In this document: piece after piece, positions 9,820 through 21,351 of the stretch | Position numbering within the stretch: position 1 is the first letter of the stretch | How the letters are laid out: every line of letters begins with the position of its first letter | Assembly (NCBI GenBank): GCA_963809815.1 | Contig: CAWELM010000005.1 | Coordinates: 20,825-84,824 of the forward strand | Source of the DNA: an uncultured Actinomycetota bacterium | GTDB taxonomy: Bacteria > Actinomycetota > Actinomycetes > Mycobacteriales > Jatrophihabitantaceae | DNA: 64,000 bases | Reading direction: 5' to 3' | The notes under the pieces: model-generated | The model's input: only the letters and a program-made list of their open reading frames with translations | What the model was told of the DNA's origin: nothing | Databases searched by the model: none | Made by a program: the position numbers and the translations under genes

Positions 9820-11469
9820 ATGACCGAGCTGACGATTTCCGCCGACGAGATCCGCAGCGCCATCGAAGGGTACGTTTCAACGTATACGCCCGAGGCGTCG
9901 CGAGAAGAAGTTGGCGTTGTCTCGGAGACCTACGACGGGATCGCGATCGTCGAGGGTCTGCCAAGCGCCATGACGAACGAGCTGCTGCGCTTCCCCGACG
10001 GCACGCTCGGCGTCGCCCTGAACTTGGACGCGCGGGAGATCGGTATCGTCGTCCTCGGTGACGCGTCCAAGATCGAGGAAGGTCAGCAGGTAAAGCGAAC
10101 CGGCGAGATCCTGTCCGTACCGGTCGGCGATGGTTTCATGGGCCGAGTCATCAACCCGCTCGGCGATCCGATCGATGGTCTCGGTGAGGTCGCTTCGACC
10201 GAGCGGCGGGTTCTAGAACTGCAGGCGCCGTCAGTGGTGCAGCGGCAGGACGTGAGCGAGCCCCTGCTTACCGGCATCAAGGCCATCGACGCCATGACCG
10301 CCATCGGCCGCGGCCAGCGGCAGCTGATCATCGGGGACCGCCAGACCGGCAAGACGACAGTCTGCCTGGACGCGATCATCAACCAGCGAGACAACTGGGC
10401 GTCGGGTGATCCCAAGAAGCAGGTCCGCTGCATCTACGTCGCGATCGGCCAGAAGGGCTCAACCATTGCGGGCGTGCGCGGCACGCTCGACGACGCCGGT
10501 GCGTTGGAGTACACGACAATCGTTGCTGCTCCGGCGTCGGATTCCGCGGGATTCAAGTACATCGCGCCATATACCGGCTCGGCTATCGGCCAGCACTGGA
10601 TGTACGACGCGAAGCATGTGCTGATCGTCTTCGACGACCTGACGAAGCAGGCTGAGGCGTACCGCACCGTATCGCTGCTGCTGCGCCGGCCGCCCGGCCG
10701 GGAGGCCTATCCCGGCGACGTGTTCTACCTGCACTCGCGGTTGCTCGAGCGCTGCGCGAAGCTGTCCGACGAGCTCGGCGCCGGCTCGATGACGGGGTTG
10801 CCGATCATCGAAACCAAGGGCAATGACGTGTCGGCCTACATTCCCACCAACGTCATCTCGATCACCGACGGGCAATGCTTCCTGGAGACTGACCTGTTCA
10901 ACGCCGGTGTGCGTCCGGCGATCAACGTGGGCATCTCGGTGTCCCGCGTCGGCGGCGCCGCACAGACCAAGGCGATGAAGTCAGTAGCCGGGCGGCTGCG
11001 GGTCGACCTGGCCCAATACCGCGAGCTGGAGGCCTTCGCGGCATTCGGTTCCGACCTGGATCAGGCATCGAAGGCGCAGCTGGACCGCGGCGCCCGGCTG
11101 GTCGAACTGCTGAAGCAGTCCCAGTCCAACCCGTTCCCGATCGAGCGGGAGGTTGTCTCGATCTGGGCCGGCACGACCGGAGCCCTGGACGACATTCCGG
11201 TAGCGGACATTCGACGCTTCGAGCGCGACCTGCACGACTACATCCAGCACAACGCCAAGCAGATCTTCGACACGATCGTGGAGACCGGGACGCTGCCCGA
11301 CGACACGGTCGAAGAGCTGAAGAAGGCCGTGGCGGAGGTCAAGCAAGAGTTCCGCACCTCCGAGCAGATCGCCTCCGCCGAGGAAGAGGCCGAGGCCATG
11401 AGCGCGGAGGATGTCGGCCAGCACACGGTGACCCGCGTCCGCCCCGCGCCGCCGCCGCAGAGCAGCTGA
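9820..11469 (+). CDS. atpA: F0F1 ATP synthase subunit alpha, with about 35-aa C-terminal extension
   Basis: Walker A GDRQTGKT and the motifs [20 protein letters not shown] and ITDGQ are present. The tail [35 protein letters not shown] extends beyond the usual alpha C-terminus. Confidence 0.97.
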   Translation: MTELTISADEIRSAIEGYVSTYTPEASREEVGVVSETYDGIAIVEGLPSAMTNELLRFPDGTLGVALNLDAREIGIVVLGDASKIEEGQQVKRTGEILSVPVGDGFMGRVINPLGDPIDGLGEVASTERRVLELQAPSVVQRQDVSEPLLTGIKAIDAMTAIGRGQRQLIIGDRQTGKTTVCLDAIINQRDNWASGDPKKQVRCIYVAIGQKGSTIAGVRGTLDDAGALEYTTIVAAPASDSAGFKYIAPYTGSAIGQHWMYDAKHVLIVFDDLTKQAEAYRTVSLLLRRPPGREAYPGDVFYLHSRLLERCAKLSDELGAGSMTGLPIIETKGNDVSAYIPTNVISITDGQCFLETDLFNAGVRPAINVGISVSRVGGAAQTKAMKSVAGRLRVDLAQYRELEAFAAFGSDLDQASKAQLDRGARLVELLKQSQSNPFPIEREVVSIWAGTTGALDDIPVADIRRFERDLHDYIQHNAKQIFDTIVETGTLPDDTVEELKKAVAEVKQEFRTSEQIASAEEEAEAMSAEDVGQHTVTRVRPAPPPQSS

Positions 11470-11476
11470 GTTCGTC

Positions 11477-13866
<2,390 letters not shown>

Positions 13867-13870
13867 CGCC

Positions 13871-14257
13871 ATGGCCACGATGCACGTCGAGCTGGTGTCC
13901 GTCGAGACACCGATCTGGGCCGGCGAGGCAAAATCGATCTACGCTCGTACTACCGACGGCGAGATCGGCGTGATGCCCGGGCACGCTCCGCTCCTGGCGG
14001 TGCTGGAACCCGGCTGGATCGTACGGATCGAGCGGGATGGCGATACTGAACTGACTGCGGCGGTGCACGGTGGATTCATCTCGGTTCGAACCGACGGGGT
14101 GTCCGTGATGGCCGAGATGGCCGAGGAGGCCTCGGAGATCGACGTGGCTCGGGCGCGGGATGATTTGCTCAAGGCCGAGGCCGATATGGGCCCCGACCAA
14201 GCCGCGGCACGGGACCGGGCGCGGTCCCGACTCCGCGCAGTGGGCGAGGACGTCTGA
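13871..14257 (+). CDS. atpC: F0F1 ATP synthase subunit epsilon
   Basis: 128 aa with VELVSVETPIWAGEA...GEIGVMPGHAPLLA, typical of epsilon. It is the last structural gene of the operon. Confidence 0.93.
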   Translation: MATMHVELVSVETPIWAGEAKSIYARTTDGEIGVMPGHAPLLAVLEPGWIVRIERDGDTELTAAVHGGFISVRTDGVSVMAEMAEEASEIDVARARDDLLKAEADMGPDQAAARDRARSRLRAVGEDV

Positions 14258-14281
14258 CCGGACTCGGAAGGAGTTCCCGCG

Positions 14282-14689
14282 ATGGCCGTCTTGGTTGAGA
14301 CGACCATCCTTGTGCTGTTCGCAATCGTGGTCGTGGCGCTCGCACTGGTGGTCGCGCGGCAGCGGTACATGCTCAAGAGCCAAGGCGGCATTCCCGTCGC
14401 GGCGCGACGCGGCAATAGATGGCTGTACGGTGTCGCCCGGTACGAGGGCGACGAATTGCGCTGGTACCGGGCGTTCGGCATCGGTACCAGTCCCACTCGA
14501 GTGCTGCGTCGCGATGATCTGCAGGTGCTCGGCCGCCGCGAGCCGACCCGCCTCGAAATGTCCTGGCTACCTGCCAGCGCGGTGATTGTCGAATGCCGAG
14601 ACGGCACCGGGGACATCGTCATCGCCCTCGCCGACGGCGCGTTCGAGGGCTTCATCTCGTGGCTGGAGGCCTCCTCGCCGCATATGTAG
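14282..14689 (+). CDS. DUF2550-family membrane protein conserved downstream of atpC in actinobacteria
   Basis: N-terminal TM helix followed by YGVARYEGDELRWYRAFGIG, a motif I associate with the Rv1312-type protein that follows atpC. Confidence 0.75.
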   Translation: MAVLVETTILVLFAIVVVALALVVARQRYMLKSQGGIPVAARRGNRWLYGVARYEGDELRWYRAFGIGTSPTRVLRRDDLQVLGRREPTRLEMSWLPASAVIVECRDGTGDIVIALADGAFEGFISWLEASSPHM

Positions 14690-14723
14690 CCCTGACTCAG
14701 CGCGGCCTTCAGCGCGAGCATGG

Positions 14724-15296
14724 TTATCGGTCGCCGCCCGGACGCCACTTCACGTCCCCGTCCGGGTTAGCCACGCGGGCCAAGATGAACAACAAGTCCG
14801 AGAGCCGGTTCAGGTAACGGATCGCCTCGCGGTTGGTCCGCTCGGGATCGCCCTCGTACAGCGCCCAGGCGCGCCGCTCGGCCCGGCGGGCGACCGTGCG
14901 GGCGTTATGGAGCAACGCGCCGGCTGGTGTCCCGCCGGGGAGGATGAAGCTGTCCAGCGTCGGCAGATCGGCGTTGAACTCGTCGCACCAGCCTTCGAGC
15001 CGGGTCACGTAGTCCGGCGTGATTCGCAGTGGGGGATAGGCCGGATCAGGCCCGATCGGATTGCAGAGATCAGCGCCGACATCGAACAGATCGTTCTGTA
15101 CCTGCGCCAGCACGGCGGCGATCGGCCCTGGTAGCGCCCCGAGCGCGAGCGCGACTCCGACTGTGGCGTTGGTCTCGTCACAGTCCGCGTACGCAGCTAC
15201 GCGAGGATCGGTCTTCGGCACCCGACTCATGTCACCCAGCGCAGTCGTGCCGTCGTCTCCGACGCGGGTATAGATGCGGGTGAGATGGAAAGCCAC
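14724..15296 (-). CDS. ATP:cob(I)alamin adenosyltransferase, PduO type
   Basis: IYTRVGDDGTTALGD at the N-terminus is the PduO/MMAB hallmark. The longer 338-aa ORF is an upstream extension; GTG at 15296 gives the canonical start. Confidence 0.88.
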   Translation of the reverse strand: MAFHLTRIYTRVGDDGTTALGDMSRVPKTDPRVAAYADCDETNATVGVALALGALPGPIAAVLAQVQNDLFDVGADLCNPIGPDPAYPPLRITPDYVTRLEGWCDEFNADLPTLDSFILPGGTPAGALLHNARTVARRAERRAWALYEGDPERTNREAIRYLNRLSDLLFILARVANPDGDVKWRPGGDR

Positions 15297-15318
15297 CCCA
15301 TGACGATAGCCTCGGGCT

Positions 15319-16599
15319 GTGCAGGTTCTGAGGGTCACTGGCGGGGCGCGGCTGGCCGGCGAGGTATCGGTCGTCGGCGCCAAAAACAGCGTTTTGAAAC
15401 TCATGGCGGCGGCGCTGCTGGCGCCGGGAGAAACCACGATCGGCAACTTGCCGGCGATCTCTGACGTCAGCACGATGCACGAGCTGTTGGGCCGGCTCGG
15501 CTGCGAGGTCACCGAGTCGGTGCAGGGACGCGTCGACAGCGTGCGAGTGCGCGTACCCGAGCGCCCGATGTCCGAGGCGCCGTACGAGCTCGTGCGCAAG
15601 ATTCGCGGATCGATCTGTGTGCTCGGACCGCTGCTGGCCCGAACGGGTCGGGCGAGAGTCGCGTTGCCCGGAGGCGACGCGATCGGGTCCCGGCCGCTCG
15701 ACATGCACTTTTCCGGCCTGGAACGGATGGGCGCGGACATCCGGACCGAGCACGGCTACATCATCGCGGAGGCGAGCGGGCTGCGCGCCGCCACGATCTG
15801 GCTTGATTTCCCGAGCGTCGGCGCGACCGAGAACATCCTGACCGCGGCTGTCCTCGCCAAGGGCACGACCGTCATCGACAACGCGGCCCGGGAACCGGAA
15901 ATCGTCGACTTGTGCAAGATGCTCGTCGGCATGGGGGCCCAGATCGACGGACAGGGCTCATCCACCCTGGAGATCACGGGCGTCGACGAGCTGCATCCCA
16001 CCGCGCATGTCGCCGTTGCCGACCGGATCGTCGCCGGTACCTGGGCGTTCGCGGCGGCGGCAACGCTCGGCGACGTTACGGTACGTAACGCCCGCCCGGA
16101 GCATCTGGAGCTGGCGCTGGACAAGCTCGTGCGCTCTGGTGCGGACGTGGAATTGCTCGCGAACGGCTTCCGGCTGCAGATGCACAATCGGCCGCGCAGC
16201 TTCGACGTCGTGACCCTGCCCTATCCAGGCTTGGCTACCGACCTGCAACCGCAGGCGATTGCGCTCCTGTCGATCGCGGACGGGACCGCAATGATCACCG
16301 AGAACCTGTTCGAGGGCCGGTTCATGTTCTGCGACGAGATCGCGCGCATGGGCGCGGACGTTCGCACGGACGGCCATCACGCGGTTGTCCGAGGCCGGGA
16401 ACGGCTATCCGGTGCCCCGGTGCGGGCGACCGACATCCGCGCCGGGGTGGGGCTGGTGATCGCCGGATTGGTCGCCGAGGGAGTGACCGAAGTGGCTGAG
16501 ATCCGGCACATCGACCGGGGCTACGTGCGTATTGAGGAGCAGCTGCGCAGCCTGGGCGCGGACGTCGTGCGAGCCGAGTCAGAGGCTTTCGGCGGTTGA
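15319..16599 (+). CDS. murA: UDP-N-acetylglucosamine 1-carboxyvinyltransferase
   Basis: Contains [20 protein letters not shown] and the active-site loop [15 protein letters not shown] (Asp replaces Cys, as in mycobacterial MurA). Confidence 0.95.
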   Translation: MQVLRVTGGARLAGEVSVVGAKNSVLKLMAAALLAPGETTIGNLPAISDVSTMHELLGRLGCEVTESVQGRVDSVRVRVPERPMSEAPYELVRKIRGSICVLGPLLARTGRARVALPGGDAIGSRPLDMHFSGLERMGADIRTEHGYIIAEASGLRAATIWLDFPSVGATENILTAAVLAKGTTVIDNAAREPEIVDLCKMLVGMGAQIDGQGSSTLEITGVDELHPTAHVAVADRIVAGTWAFAAAATLGDVTVRNARPEHLELALDKLVRSGADVELLANGFRLQMHNRPRSFDVVTLPYPGLATDLQPQAIALLSIADGTAMITENLFEGRFMFCDEIARMGADVRTDGHHAVVRGRERLSGAPVRATDIRAGVGLVIAGLVAEGVTEVAEIRHIDRGYVRIEEQLRSLGADVVRAESEAFGG

Positions 16600-16634
16600 G
16601 CTCGCGCGGCGCGGGCGGGCCTGGTAACGCAGGG

Positions 16635-16958
16635 TCAGCGAAGTAGCTCCCGGGCCCGGGGCAGATCGTCATGGAATACCAGCACATCGACGTCCCCGTT
16701 GCGCCTGCGCGAGATGGACGAGCGAATTCCCGCATCCCCCAGCACCGCACGTAACGACATCGCATCGGCCCGTGAGAGGTCGGCCGCCAAGACGTCCAGC
16801 ATGCCGAGATCGGTCGACTCCGTGGCGTCGACGACCGGCCCGGTGCGCGGTCGCGAGGGCTTGAACACCCAGCGGGTGATGAGGCTCAGTACGCATACGA
16901 CCAGGATCACGACGACCAGAGCCGAGACATCGGCGGTCACGGTTCCATGCTCGACCAT
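16635..16958 (-). CDS. hypothetical small membrane-anchored protein
   Basis: One TM helix (ALVVVILVVCVLSLITRW) followed by a soluble alpha/beta tail. I chose ATG 16958 because the longer ORF start at 17102 would overlap meaA. No confident family assignment. Confidence 0.45.
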   Translation of the reverse strand: MVEHGTVTADVSALVVVILVVCVLSLITRWVFKPSRPRTGPVVDATESTDLGMLDVLAADLSRADAMSLRAVLGDAGIRSSISRRRNGDVDVLVFHDDLPRARELLR

Positions 16959-17077
16959 CGACAGGCGAATCGCTACCACCGGAATTGGTCCGTCGCCCGG
17001 AGATGCGAAGTCGGCCACAATACCTACCAGGGAGTAACCAGCCGTGGCATGGTAAGTCACTCCCGCGGAGGTGGCCC

Positions 17078-19072
17078 GTGCCGTATCCCGACGACGCGTC
17101 ACGTGACCGGCCCTGGGTAATGCGCACGTACGCAGGGCATTCGTCGCCGGCTGAGTCCAACGCTCTGTACCGGCGCAACCTGGCCAAGGGCCAGACCGGT
17201 TTGTCCGTTGCCTTCGATCTACCCACGCAGACTGGTTACGACCCCGACGCAGAGTTGGCGCGGGGCGAGGTCGGCAAGGTAGGCGTACCGATTGCCCACA
17301 TCGGCGATATGCGGGCCCTGTTCGACGGCATCCCGTTGCAGCACATGAACACGTCCATGACGATCAATGCTCCGGCGATGTGGTTGCTGGCCCTCTATTT
17401 GACGGCGGCCGAGGAGCAGGGCGCGGACATCGCGCAGCTGGCCGGTACCACCCAGAACGACATCATCAAGGAGTACCTCTCGCGGGGAACCTACGTGTTC
17501 CCGCCCGTGCCATCGCTCCGGCTGATCACCGACATGATCACCTACACGGTGCACCACGTGCCCCGGTGGAATCCGATCAACGTGTGCAGTTATCACCTGC
17601 AGGAGGCCGGAGCGACCCCGGTGCAGGAAGTGGCATTCGCGCTGGGCACGGCGATCGCAGTGCTCGACGCAGTCCGTGCGTCCGGGCAGGTTGACGAGAG
17701 AGATTTTGGCGCTGTCGTAGGGCGAATCTCGTTCTTCGTGAACGCCGGTGTGCGCTTCGTCGAGGAGATGTGCAAGCTGCGGGCGTTCGGCGAGCTCTGG
17801 GGCGAGATCACCCGCGACCGATATGGCGTGACGGATCCGAACCAGCGCCGATTTCGGTACGGCGTCCAGGTCAACTCACTGGGGTTGACCGAGACGCAGC
17901 CGGAGAACAACGTCACGCGCATCCTGCTCGAGATGCTCGCGGTGACCTTGTCTCGCGATGCGCGGGCCCGGGCAGTCCAACTGCCCACCTGGAACGAGGC
18001 CCTCGGGTTGCCGCGACCGTGGGACCAGCAATGGTCGCTACGAATGCAGCAGGTGCTCGCCTTCGAGTCCGACCTGCTGGAGTACGAAGACCTGTTCACG
18101 GGCTCGCCGGTTGTGGAAGCGAAGGTCGCCGAGATCGCCGGCGGTGCCCGACTCGAGATCGACCGCGTGTTGGCCATGGGCGGCGCGGTCGCGGCCGTCG
18201 AGTCCGGCTACCTCAAGTCCGCGCTGGTGTCATCGCTGGCCCGCCACCGAGCCGATATCGAGGCGGGCAGCACCGTTGTCGTCGGACTCAACCGGTTCGT
18301 GGAGTCGGAGCCGAACCCGCTACTCGCCGACATGGATACCGCGATCCAGACGGTCGATCCGGCCGTCGAGGCCGCGGCGATCTCCGCCGTCCGGGCGTGG
18401 CGGGCCGCCCGGGATCCGGCGCCGGTTGCGGAGGCGTTGGTCGCCCTTCGTGACGCCGCCAAGACCGACGCGAACCTCATGCCGGCCACGCTGGCCTGCG
18501 CCCGCGCCGGGGTCACGACCGGCGAATGGGCGGGCGTATTGCGAGAGGTTTTCGGCGAGTATCGCGCACCGACCGGCGTCGCTGGGGCGGGAGGCGTGAT
18601 CGACGCGTCGGCCGTGCGGGAACGCGTGAAAGCGGTCGGCGCCCAGCTCGGCCGGCCGCTGCGTTTTCTCGTCGGCAAGCCTGGCTTGGACGGCCACTCC
18701 AACGGCGCCGAGCAGATCGCGGTTCGAGCCCGGGACGCGGGCTTTGAGGTCGTCTACTCAGGCATCCGGCTCACGCCGGGCCAGATCGTGAATGCGGCCA
18801 TCGAAGAGGACGTCGACATCGTCGGGCTCTCCGTCTTGTCCGGATCGCACCTGTCGGTCGTCCCGCTCGTTGTCGAGGGGTTGCGAGAGGGTGGGCTGCT
18901 CGACGTACCCGTGGTGGTCGGCGGGATCATTCCGGAGGCCGACGCCCGGGCGCTTCGGGCTGGCGGGGTCGCCCGCGTGTTCACGCCTCGTGACTTCGCG
19001 ATCGCCGATGTCCTAGGGCAGGTCGTCGACGCGATCGAGGAGGCCCGTGGGCTGCGCGCGGCGGAACACTAG
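17078..19072 (+). CDS. meaA: ethylmalonyl-CoA mutase-type B12-dependent acyl-CoA mutase (single-chain, with C-terminal B12-binding domain)
   Basis: RPWVMRTYAGHSSPAESNALYRRNLAKGQTGLSVAFDLPTQTGYDPD matches the MeaA/Ecm signature (RTYAGHS). The carboxylate-binding Arg is retained (KEYLSRGTY). The B12 domain carries GKPGLDGHSNG. GGAGG lies 6 nt before GTG 17078. Confidence 0.85.
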   Translation: MPYPDDASRDRPWVMRTYAGHSSPAESNALYRRNLAKGQTGLSVAFDLPTQTGYDPDAELARGEVGKVGVPIAHIGDMRALFDGIPLQHMNTSMTINAPAMWLLALYLTAAEEQGADIAQLAGTTQNDIIKEYLSRGTYVFPPVPSLRLITDMITYTVHHVPRWNPINVCSYHLQEAGATPVQEVAFALGTAIAVLDAVRASGQVDERDFGAVVGRISFFVNAGVRFVEEMCKLRAFGELWGEITRDRYGVTDPNQRRFRYGVQVNSLGLTETQPENNVTRILLEMLAVTLSRDARARAVQLPTWNEALGLPRPWDQQWSLRMQQVLAFESDLLEYEDLFTGSPVVEAKVAEIAGGARLEIDRVLAMGGAVAAVESGYLKSALVSSLARHRADIEAGSTVVVGLNRFVESEPNPLLADMDTAIQTVDPAVEAAAISAVRAWRAARDPAPVAEALVALRDAAKTDANLMPATLACARAGVTTGEWAGVLREVFGEYRAPTGVAGAGGVIDASAVRERVKAVGAQLGRPLRFLVGKPGLDGHSNGAEQIAVRARDAGFEVVYSGIRLTPGQIVNAAIEEDVDIVGLSVLSGSHLSVVPLVVEGLREGGLLDVPVVVGGIIPEADARALRAGGVARVFTPRDFAIADVLGQVVDAIEEARGLRAAEH

Positions 19073-19088
19073 CTCGCTTCCGGGCTTT

Positions 19089-19128
19089 GTATGCAGATTC
19101 CGTTGTCTCGACGACGGCATCTGCATAC
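19089..19128. repeat. 40-nt imperfect palindrome/hairpin, copy 1 of a two-copy family (terminator-like, between meaA and nucS)
   Basis: gtatgcagattccgttgtc-tc-gacgacggcatctgcatac gives a 19-position stem with one mismatch and one G-T pair. It shares its ends and core with the element at 51036. Confidence 0.7.
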
Positions 19129-19159
19129 CAATCGTGAGGAACATCTAGGCTCGGCCATC

Positions 19160-19819
19160 GTGCGGCTCGTAATCGCCCGGTGCTCGGTCGACTATTTGGG
19201 TCGGCTGACGGCCCACCTCCCGCTTGCCACGCGGCTGCTGCTCATCAAGGCCGACGGAAGCGTGTCGATCCACGCCGATGACCGGGCCTACAAGCCGCTG
19301 AACTGGATGAGCCCGCCGTGCCGGCTGGAGACGGCGCCGGGCGTCTGGACCGTGACCAACAAGGCCGGTGAACGGCTGGTCATCACGCTCGAAGAGATCC
19401 AGCACGACTCCACCCACGAGCTCGGGCCGGACCCGGGACTGGTCAAGGACGGCGTGGAGGCGCACCTGCAGCAGCTGTTGGCCGAGCACATCCAGACGCT
19501 CGGCTTCGGCTACCGCTTGGTCCGACGGGAGTACCCCACACCGATCGGTCCGGTCGATCTCCTGGTTCGCGATCCGGCCGGACTTGCGGTCGCGGTCGAG
19601 ATCAAGCGGCGCGGTGAGATCGACGGCGTCGAGCAGCTGAGCCGCTACCTCGAGCTGCTGAACCGCGATCCGCTGCTTGCGCCGGTTCGGGGGGTCCTCG
19701 CCGCGCAGGAGATCAAACCGCAAGCCCGCACGCTCGCACACGATCGAGGGATCGACTGCCTCGTGCTCGACTACGACGCCCTGCGCGGGGTTGACGATCC
19801 GTCCGAGCGCTTGTTCTGA
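19160..19819 (+). CDS. nucS: endonuclease NucS (EndoMS, non-canonical mismatch repair)
   Basis: [21 protein letters not shown]...[16 protein letters not shown] is the conserved NucS N-terminus. The RecB-like C-terminal motif is DLLVRD...[10 protein letters not shown]. The protein ends in ERLF. Confidence 0.93.
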   Translation: MRLVIARCSVDYLGRLTAHLPLATRLLLIKADGSVSIHADDRAYKPLNWMSPPCRLETAPGVWTVTNKAGERLVITLEEIQHDSTHELGPDPGLVKDGVEAHLQQLLAEHIQTLGFGYRLVRREYPTPIGPVDLLVRDPAGLAVAVEIKRRGEIDGVEQLSRYLELLNRDPLLAPVRGVLAAQEIKPQARTLAHDRGIDCLVLDYDALRGVDDPSERLF

Positions 19820-19843
19820 GTCGTTTGCGAAGGAGCTGTCACC

Positions 19844-21304
19844 GTGCCGACGTTCGACTCGCTCAATCCGGCCACCGGCGAGGTGCTGGCCAGCTTTCCA
19901 ATCGACACGGCTGACGACGTTCGGGCGGCGGTGGCACGGGCCCGAACGGCCGCGCAATGGTGGCGGGAGATCGGCTTCGCCGGCCGGCGTCAGCGGCTGC
20001 ACGCCTGGCGCCGGGTCCTCGTCGCCGGGCTGACTGAACTCGCCGACCTCGTGCGTCGCGAGAACGGCAAACCAGTCGACGACGCCATCGGTGAGATCGC
20101 GGTCGCCGTTGCTCACCTGGCCTGGGCCGCTCGACACGCCGAGCCCGTGCTGCGCCGCCGGAAGGTGCGGCCCGGGCTGCTGGCGATCAACCACGCGGCC
20201 ACCGTGGAGTACATCCCGTACGGCGTAGTCGGTGTGATCGGGCCATGGAACTTTCCGGTGCACACCCCGATGGGATCCATCTCCTACGCACTGGCCGCCG
20301 GCAACGCCGTCGTGTTCAAGCCCAGCGAATACACACCGGCCATTGCTCGCTGGGTGGTGGACGCCTTCCACCAGGCGGTTCCGGAACATCCGGTGCTACA
20401 GCTCGTCACCGGTTTCGGCGCAACCGGCGAGGCGCTCTGCCGGGCGGGCGTGGACAAGATCGCGTTTACCGGCTCGACCGCGATCGGCCGGAAGGTCATG
20501 GCCAGCTGCGCGCCGACCCTCACACCGGTCGTGATGGAGTGCGGGGGCAAGGACGCTCTGATCGTGGCCGCCGATGCCGACCTGTCAGCCGCCGCCGATG
20601 GCGCGGTGTGGGGGTCAATGGCCAACGCCGGACAGAGCTGCGTCGGCGTCGAGCGGGCGTATGTCGTGGCCGAGGTCTACGACGAGTTCGTGCGCCGGGT
20701 GGTCGAGCAGGCTCGCGAACTGCGGCCAGGCATCGAGGCAGACGCTAGCTACGGTCCGATCACCATGCCGGCCCAGCTGGACGTCATCGCCGCACATCTC
20801 GCTGCCGCCCAGGCGGACGGCGGACAGGCCGTATTGGGCGGGACTGACTCGCTTGCGCCCCCATTCGTGGCGCCGTCTGTCCTCGTCGACGTTCCCGAGG
20901 ACTCGATCGCCATCACCGATGAGACGTTCGGCCCGACGCTCACGATCACCCGGGTGTCCGACGTGGACCAGGCGATAGAGCGAGTCAACGCGAGCCGGTT
21001 GCGCCTAGGCGCCGCGGTCTTCAGCGCGCGACAGGGCCCCGAGGTGGCGGCGCGACTGGCCACCGGCATGGTCACGGTCAACTCGGTGTTCACCGTCGCA
21101 ATGACCCCTTCGCTACCGTTTGGTGGGGTTCAGGACTCCGGATTCGGCCGGATCCACGGCGCCGACGGCCTGCGGGAGTTCGCGTGGGCTCATTCGGTGA
21201 CCCGGCAGCGGGTTCCACCACTGATGGCCCTGACCACGTTTCGGCGCTCGTCGCATGCCGTGGACCGGCTGGCCACGGTCGTACGCGCCCGCTGGGGCCG
21301 CTGA
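19844..21304 (+). CDS. NAD(P)-dependent aldehyde dehydrogenase family protein
   Basis: Contains GPWNFP, the catalytic Glu region VMECGGKD, the catalytic Cys region NAGQSCVGVER, and ETFGP. Confidence 0.9.
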   Translation: MPTFDSLNPATGEVLASFPIDTADDVRAAVARARTAAQWWREIGFAGRRQRLHAWRRVLVAGLTELADLVRRENGKPVDDAIGEIAVAVAHLAWAARHAEPVLRRRKVRPGLLAINHAATVEYIPYGVVGVIGPWNFPVHTPMGSISYALAAGNAVVFKPSEYTPAIARWVVDAFHQAVPEHPVLQLVTGFGATGEALCRAGVDKIAFTGSTAIGRKVMASCAPTLTPVVMECGGKDALIVAADADLSAAADGAVWGSMANAGQSCVGVERAYVVAEVYDEFVRRVVEQARELRPGIEADASYGPITMPAQLDVIAAHLAAAQADGGQAVLGGTDSLAPPFVAPSVLVDVPEDSIAITDETFGPTLTITRVSDVDQAIERVNASRLRLGAAVFSARQGPEVAARLATGMVTVNSVFTVAMTPSLPFGGVQDSGFGRIHGADGLREFAWAHSVTRQRVPPLMALTTFRRSSHAVDRLATVVRARWGR

Positions 21305-21351
21305 CGGAACACGGTCGCGAACTAGTGTTGCCCGCAGGAGGTGCGCAGCGC

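Noticed and set aside
15297-15740. N-terminal 148-aa extension of the adenosyltransferase ORF (338-aa version)
   Set aside because: The extension overlaps the murA coding region in antisense and has no homology pattern. The PduO-type hallmark IYTRVGDDGTT begins right after GTG 15296.
17078-19072. Alternative call of the 664-aa mutase as methylmalonyl-CoA mutase large subunit (mutB)
   Set aside because: The RTYAGHS/…LPTQTGYDPD signature and the single-chain ~660-aa architecture fit MeaA/Ecm better than MutB (RQYAGFS). ccr and the epimerase are also nearby. This still needs a phylogeny to be certain.
19145-20389. 414-aa minus-strand ORF
   Set aside because: It overlaps both nucS and the aldehyde dehydrogenase in antisense. 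Both plus-strand genes have strong family motifs and this ORF has none.
21184-21351. Upstream extension of the hbd-like ORF overlapping the aldehyde dehydrogenase 3' end
   Set aside because: The Rossmann fold begins a few residues after ATG 21352, which has a good SD. The extension is overlap-frame sequence.
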